From Chloroflexota bacterium (GTDB taxonomy: Bacteria > Chloroflexota > Limnocylindria > Limnocylindrales > CSP1-4): a DNA stretch of 41,651 nt. Of the stretch, positions 15,500 to 22,243 are shown piece after piece; position 1 is the first letter of the stretch, and the number at the start of each line of letters is the position of its first letter. The position numbers and the translations under genes were made by a program. The stretch covers positions 1 to 41,651 of the forward strand of contig JACDFU010000003.1 of NCBI GenBank assembly GCA_013815585.1, read 5' to 3'. Below the pieces are notes generated by a model. The model did not search any database, was not told where the DNA came from, and saw only the letters and a list, made by a program, of their open reading frames with translations.

Positions 15500-17548
15500 A
15501 TGGACGCACGCGGGTCCGACGACGGGCCCTCCGCCGACGCAACTGCGGGCTCGCTGCCCCTGCTCGTCGTCGCGCGCTGGTTCCCTGCCGTCGATGGCAT
15601 CGCGAGGGGCCGGTACGTCGCGGATCAGCTGGAGGCGTTGGTCGCGGCAGGGGGCGTGGATCCGATCGTCGCCTCGTTCCAGTTCGTCCAGCTACGTGGC
15701 GGCAATGGCGCCCGCCGGCGCCAGCGTCGGGCCCTCCAGGACACCGCGCTTCTGCGGCAATGCGCCGAGGGCCCCCGCATGGCGGATGGCCTGGCCCAGC
15801 GAGGCTGTACCTCCGCCTCGGCGATCCCGGTTGCGCGCATCCCCGTCCCGCGGGAGCCGGTTGCGTGCCGCATCCCGGGCGGGGAGGGCGACGACCATCG
15901 CGATGCGCTGCTGCGTTTCGTGGGCAGGCTCGGGGAATGGCGCACGAGCGCCGGGCCGGGCGTCGTCCACGCACACACCGGCTACCCGGACGGCTTCGCA
16001 GCGGGCGCCGCGGCCGATCGGCTGAACTGGCCGCTGGTGATCACCGAGCACGCTTCCTTCGTCGCCTCCCAGCTCGCCGAACCGGAGGAGCGTCGCCGGT
16101 ACGTTGCCGGGATCCAGCGAGCGGCCCGCGTGATCGCGGTCAGCCAGACGCTGGCGCGCCTGCTCCGGCAGGAAGTCCCCGAGCTCGGAGACCGCCTCGA
16201 GGTCATCCCGAATGCCGTACCGGTTCACGATTTCCGACTGGCCGCCGCGGGCGAACGCGATGGTGACGAGCTCCTCTACGTCGGCTCGCTCAAGGAAGCG
16301 AAGGGAGTACCGCTGCTCCTGCGGGCACTCGCCCTGGCGCGAGGCGAGCGACCCCGACTCCGATTGAGGCTCGTCGGCAGGGCTCCAAGCCGTGCCCAGG
16401 ACCGCGAGCTGCATGCGCTGGCTGGTGAGCTTGGCCTCACCGACTGCGTCCGCTTCGACGGACAGCTCGATCGCGCGGCCGTCGCGGAAGCGATGGCCAA
16501 GGCTGCTCTCTTCGTCCATCCGAGCCGATACGAAACCTTCGGTGTCGTGGCTGCCGAAGCGCTGGCCTCCGGCCTGCCGGTCGTGGCCACGGATTCGGGA
16601 GGCGTGACCGAGATCATCGGTCCCGAGCCCCTGGTGCATGGGGACGTGGTCCGCGAGCACGAGCCGGAGGCCCTCAGCCGTGCGATCCTGCGAACGCTCG
16701 AACGCAGGACCCAGTTCGATGAAGCGGCGCTGCGCCGCTGGGTGGAGACGCGCTACTCGGCAGCTGGTGTCGCGGCCACACTGCTCGCGCTCTACTCGGA
16801 TGTCCTCGCCGACGCCGGGGCTGCCGCCACGAGCGCTCGCCGGCCGATCTCGCGCGCACCTCGAGCTCAGCCACGAGTCGTCATCGGTTTCCACCGCGCG
16901 GAGGCGGCTGACGCCCTGGAGCCACTTCCGCCGGGACTGCTAGCCGAACTGATTCTCGTAACGAGCGCCGAGCCGTCGGAGGTTGCGCTGCCGTCCGGCC
17001 TGGGCGACGCAATCGAGATCGACCTCGACGGACCGTATCGCGGGGAGCGCGACGGCGCGGCAGCGGCACGCGAGGCGGCCCGGACACGCTACGCTGAAGC
17101 ACGAGAACGCCACCGAGAGGCGCAGGAGCGCTATCACGCCACCCAGGCGGCCTACCAGGCTCGAGCCGGCGCCGACCCCGTGGTCGTGGCGGCCTATCGG
17201 GAAGCGCGGGAGGGATACCGCGCTGCCCGCGAAGTCCTGGCGGCAAGTCCCGCTGCCCGCCCGGCGGGAGGCAAGGGTCTGGAACGCCTGCACCGTACCG
17301 CGCAGCGTCGGAGCGTCAGGCACGCCCAGCTCCGACTGCTGGCGGCCCAGCAGGCCATCGGATCCGCGCTCGTCAGTCTCGGCGCCGCCGGTCGTCCACC
17401 CTCGGTCGTCTGCCTTGGCGGGTTCGACTATCTCGCCGTGGAACCAGGCGCCCGGGCGGGTCAGCTGCTGGTCGCGCCCGCCGGAACGCGCTGGATGGCG
17501 GACCTCTGGGCCTCCCGGGAGGGCGTGCTAGGGTACGATCGCCCATGA
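15500..17548 (+). CDS. GT4 glycosyltransferase fused to a C-terminal extension of about 240 aa containing an Ala/Arg/Glu/Tyr-rich coiled-coil-like segment
   Basis: The GT4 core includes VVHAHTGYPDG, VITEHAS, VIPNAV, LRLVGR and HPSRYETFGVVAAEALASGLPVVATDSGG. The extension follows, including AAAREAARTRYAEARERHREAQERYHATQAAYQARAG..AAYREAREGYRAAREV. The stop overlaps the wzm-like ATG (ATGA). Confidence 0.8.
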   Translation: MDARGSDDGPSADATAGSLPLLVVARWFPAVDGIARGRYVADQLEALVAAGGVDPIVASFQFVQLRGGNGARRRQRRALQDTALLRQCAEGPRMADGLAQRGCTSASAIPVARIPVPREPVACRIPGGEGDDHRDALLRFVGRLGEWRTSAGPGVVHAHTGYPDGFAAGAAADRLNWPLVITEHASFVASQLAEPEERRRYVAGIQRAARVIAVSQTLARLLRQEVPELGDRLEVIPNAVPVHDFRLAAAGERDGDELLYVGSLKEAKGVPLLLRALALARGERPRLRLRLVGRAPSRAQDRELHALAGELGLTDCVRFDGQLDRAAVAEAMAKAALFVHPSRYETFGVVAAEALASGLPVVATDSGGVTEIIGPEPLVHGDVVREHEPEALSRAILRTLERRTQFDEAALRRWVETRYSAAGVAATLLALYSDVLADAGAAATSARRPISRAPRAQPRVVIGFHRAEAADALEPLPPGLLAELILVTSAEPSEVALPSGLGDAIEIDLDGPYRGERDGAAAAREAARTRYAEARERHREAQERYHATQAAYQARAGADPVVVAAYREAREGYRAAREVLAASPAARPAGGKGLERLHRTAQRRSVRHAQLRLLAAQQAIGSALVSLGAAGRPPSVVCLGGFDYLAVEPGARAGQLLVAPAGTRWMADLWASREGVLGYDRP

Positions 17549-18411
17549 CCACGCCCTCGTCCGAGGCAATACCGCGCGCCGCCACGGCGGCTCCGGGTCG
17601 CGGACCCATCGCTCTCGTCACAGAAGGCCTCAGGGAGCTCGCCGGGCGCCGCCGCCTCGTCCGCTACCTGGTCGGCGCCGACCTCAAGCGAACCCATGCT
17701 GACACGGTCCTCGGACAGCTCTGGTGGATCCTCGACCCGCTGCTCCAGATGGGCGTCTACGTCGTGCTCGTGTCGGTCATCTTCCAGCGAAGGACGCCGG
17801 ACTTCCCGCTCTTCCTCTTCGCGGCGATCCTGCCATGGAAGTGGTTCTCGACCACGCTCAGTGACGCGACCCTCGCGGTCACTGGACGCGGCAGCCTCAT
17901 CCGGCAGCTGCAGTTCCCCAAGATCGTGCTCCCTGCAGCCTCCACGTTTGCAAGCACGGTCAGCTTCGGCTTCGGCCTGGTTGCGCTCGCGATGCTGTAC
18001 CTGTTCTTCCTCCACCGGCTGACCCCGTGGGTGCTCGCCATTCCACTCATCGCGGGTGTCCAGCTGGTGTTCACGCTGGCGCTGGCGGTGGGACTCGCCG
18101 CGATGAATGCCTTCTATCGCGACGTTCAGAACGTCCTCCGCCACGCCCTGCGCCTGTGGTTCTACCTCTCGCCGGCCCTGTACTCGCTCGAGGACATTCC
18201 GGCCGGCCCTCTCCGGTCGCTGCTCGCCCTCAACCCGATGGCTCCGATCCTGGAGTCGTACCGGGACGTGATCTGGGGGACCGCCTCCACGGGCGGGGTG
18301 GCACCGGATGTGGTCGGCCTGCTGGCTGTCCTGGGTCTTTCCCTCGTCCTGCTGGCGGTCGCCATCGCGATCTTCAAGCGCGCAGAGCCGGCCTTTGCCC
18401 GCATCCTCTGA
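17545..18411 (+). CDS. ABC-2 type polysaccharide/teichoic-acid export permease (Wzm/TagG-like)
   Basis: Signature N-terminus LVRYLVGADLKRTHADTVLGQLWWILDPLLQMGVYVVLVSVIF, six TM segments, and about 288 aa. Confidence 0.85.
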   Translation: MTTPSSEAIPRAATAAPGRGPIALVTEGLRELAGRRRLVRYLVGADLKRTHADTVLGQLWWILDPLLQMGVYVVLVSVIFQRRTPDFPLFLFAAILPWKWFSTTLSDATLAVTGRGSLIRQLQFPKIVLPAASTFASTVSFGFGLVALAMLYLFFLHRLTPWVLAIPLIAGVQLVFTLALAVGLAAMNAFYRDVQNVLRHALRLWFYLSPALYSLEDIPAGPLRSLLALNPMAPILESYRDVIWGTASTGGVAPDVVGLLAVLGLSLVLLAVAIAIFKRAEPAFARIL

Positions 18412-18415
18412 GGTC

Positions 18416-19225
18416 GTGACGGGGCGGGCGGTCGCGGTCCGCGACCTGGGGATCCGCTACAACCTGCGCCTGACGCGGCGGACGACGTTGAAGGGCTCGC
18501 TGGCGACCATGCTCAGGCGCCAGGAAAGCGGCCCGACGCATTTCTGGGCGTTGAGGCACGTCTCGCTCAACGTTGAGCGCGGCGAGTCGGTCGCCGTGAT
18601 CGGGCCGAATGGAGCGGGAAAGAGCACGCTCCTCATGGCCCTTGCCGGGATCCTGGCGCCCAGCGAGGGGACCATCAGGGTGGAGGGTCGCGTCTCGACG
18701 CTGCTGACCCTGGGAGCCGGATTCGACGCCGAGTTGACCGGTCGGGACAACATCGATCTCGCAGCGGCCTTCCTCGGCATCCCACCGGGTCGGATGGCCA
18801 CGATCACGCCTTCCATCGTGGAGTTCGCGGAGATCGGAGCGTTCATCGACGCCCCGGTGAAGACCTACTCCAGCGGCATGCGGGCGCGGCTCGGGTTCTC
18901 CATCGCGACCGCAGTCCAGCCCGACATCCTGCTGCTGGACGAGGTGCTCGGCACAGGCGACCAGGCGTTTCGTGCCCGGAGCCAGGCGCGCATCCGTGAG
19001 CTGGTCAAGGCAGCCGGCGCGATCATCCTGGTCACACACGACCTGAGCTACGTGACTGAGTTCTGTAGCCGCGCCATCCTGCTCGAGCGGGGGCACGTGA
19101 TCGATGACGGCAGCCCCGCCGCCATCGTCGAGCTGTACCGCGAACGCGTGCGGGAACGCAAGCTGCTCGCCGAGAGCGAGGCGGGCCGGTTTGCGGCGAT
19201 CCCCGATTCGGCGCCGACCGCCTAG
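18416..19225 (+). CDS. ABC polysaccharide/teichoic-acid export ATPase (Wzt/TagH-like), short form without a C-terminal carbohydrate-binding domain
   Basis: Walker A GPNGAGKST, signature YSSGMRARLGF, Walker B ILLLDE and H-loop VTHD. The GTG start lies 5 nt after the permease stop, and the product is about 269 aa. Confidence 0.9.
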   Translation: MTGRAVAVRDLGIRYNLRLTRRTTLKGSLATMLRRQESGPTHFWALRHVSLNVERGESVAVIGPNGAGKSTLLMALAGILAPSEGTIRVEGRVSTLLTLGAGFDAELTGRDNIDLAAAFLGIPPGRMATITPSIVEFAEIGAFIDAPVKTYSSGMRARLGFSIATAVQPDILLLDEVLGTGDQAFRARSQARIRELVKAAGAIILVTHDLSYVTEFCSRAILLERGHVIDDGSPAAIVELYRERVRERKLLAESEAGRFAAIPDSAPTA

Positions 19226-19253
19226 GACAGCGAGGCCTATCCGCTGGGAAGGG

Positions 19254-19997
19254 TCAGCGTCGTCGCGAGGCGCCGGCGAGTCGCGCGACCGCGGACACCA
19301 CGCCAATCCCGATTCCGAAGGCGAGCCCTGAGCGCCAGTCGAAGAGCGTCCGAACGGTCCCGGTCACCTCACGCGCAAAGAGAAAGACCGTCCCCGACTG
19401 CGGGTTCATCTCGACCCGGTTGGCGAGGACCGTTATCGCTCCCGACTGCTCGAGCCTCACTGATTCCCGGGCTGCCACGAACCTGGCGTAGCCCTGGCGG
19501 AGCTCGACGTCGGTTGCGAGCGCAGCTCCAAGGGCACCCTGCCGGACGCTGACGCGGTCACCGCGGGCGAACGCGATGCCGCCCTGCTGGACGCGCACGT
19601 CGGTGGCCTCGGCCCGAGCGATACCGCCCTGCCGGACGCTGACGTCCGTCCCGAATACGGTACGGGCCCCGCCCTGGCTGATCTCGACGCGGTCCCCGAC
19701 CACGGACCGCTCATCCCGTTCGGCCGACGCCGTGGACGCGCCTGCCGTCGAGCCTGTGTCCGCGGACTTGTCCGCTGTCGACTTCTTCGCCGTACGAGAG
19801 CTGGCTCGGCCGGTCCGGGGCTTGGCAGCCTTCGAGCCCGTCCTGCTCCTCGCGGTCCCGGCCCCCCGGGCGGATGTCTTCGCCTCGGCTTCGGCCTCCT
19901 GGGCGGCTTCGGATTCCGCCGCCGCGAGCGACGCGTCGTCGATCGAGCCCTCATCGGGTGCGCGGACGTTCGTGTCGGTCACTTGCTCGCCTCCCAC
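19254..19997 (-). CDS. Hypothetical tail-anchored protein: disordered acidic/Lys-Ser-Thr N-terminus, about 7 tandem 15-16 aa repeats (consensus D-V-x-V-R-Q-G-G-x-A-x-A-x-x) and a C-terminal TM helix
   Basis: Repeats read in the translation: DRVEISQGGARTVFGT, DVSVRQGGIARAEAT, DVRVQQGGIAFARG, DRVSVRQGALGAALAT, DVELRQGYARFVAAR, ESVRLEQSGAITVLAN and RVEMNPQSGTVFLFAR. The C-terminal TM helix is LAFGIGIGVVSAVARLAG. The gene has a GTG start and lies on the same strand as, and directly after, the GT4 gene. Confidence 0.6.
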   Translation of the reverse strand: MGGEQVTDTNVRAPDEGSIDDASLAAAESEAAQEAEAEAKTSARGAGTARSRTGSKAAKPRTGRASSRTAKKSTADKSADTGSTAGASTASAERDERSVVGDRVEISQGGARTVFGTDVSVRQGGIARAEATDVRVQQGGIAFARGDRVSVRQGALGAALATDVELRQGYARFVAARESVRLEQSGAITVLANRVEMNPQSGTVFLFAREVTGTVRTLFDWRSGLAFGIGIGVVSAVARLAGASRRR

Positions 19998-20047
19998 TCC
20001 AGATCCCCCGAGCCGGCCGCACGGAGGCGCGATCGGCGCCCGTTAGC

Positions 20048-21376
20048 CTACCCGCGCGATGCAGCGTCTGCCAGCGCCACGCTGTAGACGGCGCGCGTCT
20101 CGCGGGCCACGTCTGTCCAGGTTCGGCGATTTCGAGCCGCTCGCTCGGCCGCAACTGCGCGTAGCTGATGGTGAAGCGCATCATCCGACCACAGCGTTCG
20201 CAGCGCTGCGGCGAGCCGGCCGGCCTGGCGCGGCTCGACGATGATCCCAGCAGCACCCACGAGCTCCGGCAGACAGCCGGCCTTGGACGCGATCACGGGA
20301 GCTCCGACGGCCAGCGCCTCGGCCACCGGCAGGCCAGTGCTGTCCGAGAGTGCCGGGTAGACGAAGCCGCGCGCGCCAGCGATCAACGCGGCGAGCTCCG
20401 CTGGCTCGAGCGGTGGTGTCAGCCGCACCACGTCGCCAAGGCCCCGTCGCTCGACGGCCCGCCCGAGGGCGCTCGAGTCAGATTCGAGCTCGCCACCGGA
20501 GATGGCACGCGTGCCGGCCATGGCGAGCACCGGCGGCCAGGCTCCGCCCAGGGCGGACGCCGGCGACTCGGCCTTCAGGCCCGCGAGGGCGTCGAAGAGG
20601 GTCGCCATGTCCTTGCGCGCGTCGTACCGGCCCGCATACACGAAAAACCGCTTGGGGAGGTCGAGGCGCTGGCGGAGCCCGTCGACCACCGTCCGGGCAT
20701 CGAAAGCCGGGCCAACCGCTGCTGAGCCGTCCGCCGCGCTGGCGACTGCAAAGCGAAAGGCCTCACCCGGCGCGAGCGGGACGACGGAGATTCGCTCGGC
20801 CGGGATGTGGAGTCTGCGCCGAGCGCTCTCGGCGGTTGCCCGCGAGGGCACGATCAGCCGGGTCGCGTCCCGCAGGATCCGCGCGCGCAGGCGGTGGCCG
20901 AACCTGGCCGCCGGGCTACGGGCGTAGCGCTCGGGCAGCTCCCATGGCGCCAGGTCAAGAAGGGTGGCCACGACCGGGAGGCCTGAGGCCAGTGGCAGGG
21001 CGCCGCCCGCGGTGTGATAGACCGTACCCCGCGCGCCCTCCCGGTCCGCCCGGAAGCTCGTACCGACCTCCGCGCCGCGTAGCAGGAAGCTATCGAGCGT
21101 GAGGGCGGCCGACCGGAAGAGCCGTCCGCTTGGGGGGACCCGACGCCGGGAAGCGACAGGCAGGCCGCGCGCCTCCAGCTCGACCGAGGGATCGGGGCGC
21201 AGGACCTCGAGGATCGCCACGAATGATTCGCCGGGCAGGGGCGTGGCCGCGAAGGCATCCAGCAACCGAGCCAGATATCCAGCGGTGATCGGGGCGCGGC
21301 TGGGTCCCTGGAGGGGTCGGAGGTCGACCACGACGCGGATCCCGGTTGCCAGGGCAGCAGCCCTCGCGGAGGTCAG
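20048..21376 (-). CDS. GT4 (group 1) glycosyltransferase
   Basis: Motifs: IRVVVDLRPL, TLLDLAPWELPERY, VPSRATAE, FFVYAGRYDARK and YPALSDSTGLPVAEALAVGAPVIAS. The start is uncertain. The tracked ORF's first 130 aa or so overlap the upstream GT2 gene. Candidate starts are CTG 21376 (a CTGA overlap with the GT2 stop) and GTG 21331. Confidence 0.7.
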   Translation of the reverse strand: MTSARAAALATGIRVVVDLRPLQGPSRAPITAGYLARLLDAFAATPLPGESFVAILEVLRPDPSVELEARGLPVASRRRVPPSGRLFRSAALTLDSFLLRGAEVGTSFRADREGARGTVYHTAGGALPLASGLPVVATLLDLAPWELPERYARSPAARFGHRLRARILRDATRLIVPSRATAESARRRLHIPAERISVVPLAPGEAFRFAVASAADGSAAVGPAFDARTVVDGLRQRLDLPKRFFVYAGRYDARKDMATLFDALAGLKAESPASALGGAWPPVLAMAGTRAISGGELESDSSALGRAVERRGLGDVVRLTPPLEPAELAALIAGARGFVYPALSDSTGLPVAEALAVGAPVIASKAGCLPELVGAAGIIVEPRQAGRLAAALRTLWSDDALHHQLRAVAAERAARNRRTWTDVARETRAVYSVALADAASRG

Positions 21377-22215
21377 GCTGGGGACGTGCCGTCCCCCTCG
21401 GCTGCTGCCGGCTGCGCCGGCAGTTCGTCCGGCATGGCCTCGGGACGTCGACCCCGAAGCTCCTGCCAGCGCAGTGTCAGGACCACCATGAGCGCCTCGA
21501 ACACGATCCGCCGGGACATCTTGCTCTGCCCTGCGCGGCGATCCACGAAGATGATCGGCACCTCCACGATGCGCGCGCCCAGGCGGTCGGCCAGGTAGCT
21601 GCACTCGATGTTGAAGACGTAGCCGCCCGAGTGCACCGCGTGCCACGGCATCCGGGCCAGCATCTCGCGCCGCCAGACCTTGTAGGCGCCGGTCAGGTCG
21701 TGCGGGCCGAGCCGCAGCACGAGACGCCCGAACGTGGACCCGGCACGGGACAGCAGCCGCCGGCCCAGTCCCCACTCGCGCACACCCCCGCCGCGCACAT
21801 ACCTGGAGCCGATGACGATGTCCGCCCCATCGGATCGGGGAGTCCCCGGACCGCCCTCCAGCGCCGCCATGAGGCTGGGCAGGTGATCGGGATGGTGGGA
21901 CCAGTCGGCATCCATCTGGACGATGCGTCGCGCCGTGCTTCCGAGCGCGACCCCGAAGCCCTGGATGTAGGCCCGTCCCAGGCCCTGCTTGCGAGGCCGA
22001 TGGAGAACCCGAACCTGGTCGTTGGCAGCTGCCAGCTCGTCGGCGATGCGACCCGTTCCATCCGGCGAGTTGTCGTCGACTACGAGCAGCGTGGCGCCCG
22101 GCAGCTTCTCCAGGATGGCCGCCGAGATGCCGCGCAGGTTGTCCGCCTCGTTGTAGGTCGGCAGTACCACCCAGGTGTCCACGTACCGCGCTGCTTCGGG
22201 GACGGGCTGCCTCAT
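21373..22215 (-). CDS. GT2 polyprenol-phosphate mannosyl/glycosyl transferase (DPM1/Ppm1-like)
   Basis: Motifs: VVLPTYNEADNL, LLVVDDNSPDGTG, QMDADWSHHP, VIGSRY and SGGYVF, followed by a C-terminal amphipathic tail. Confidence 0.85.
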   Translation of the reverse strand: MRQPVPEAARYVDTWVVLPTYNEADNLRGISAAILEKLPGATLLVVDDNSPDGTGRIADELAAANDQVRVLHRPRKQGLGRAYIQGFGVALGSTARRIVQMDADWSHHPDHLPSLMAALEGGPGTPRSDGADIVIGSRYVRGGGVREWGLGRRLLSRAGSTFGRLVLRLGPHDLTGAYKVWRREMLARMPWHAVHSGGYVFNIECSYLADRLGARIVEVPIIFVDRRAGQSKMSRRIVFEALMVVLTLRWQELRGRRPEAMPDELPAQPAAAEGDGTSPA

Positions 22216-22222
22216 CCGCGCC

Positions 22223-22228
22223 AGTCTA
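22223..22228 (-). promoter_or_regulatory. TAGACT -10-like box 7 nt upstream of the GT2 ATG (candidate leaderless promoter)
   Basis: The plus strand reads agtcta at 22223-22228, the spacer is 22216-22222, and the ATG is at 22215-22213. No Shine-Dalgarno sequence is present. Confidence 0.4.
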
Positions 22229-22243
22229 GCGAGCAGTTGTCGC

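Noticed and set aside
21377-21775. N-terminal extension of about 130 aa on the GT4 ORF 20048-21775
   Set aside because: It overlaps the 3' part of the Ppm1-like GT2 gene in another frame and is Arg/Gly/Ala-rich. GT4 homology starts at IRVVVDLRPL.
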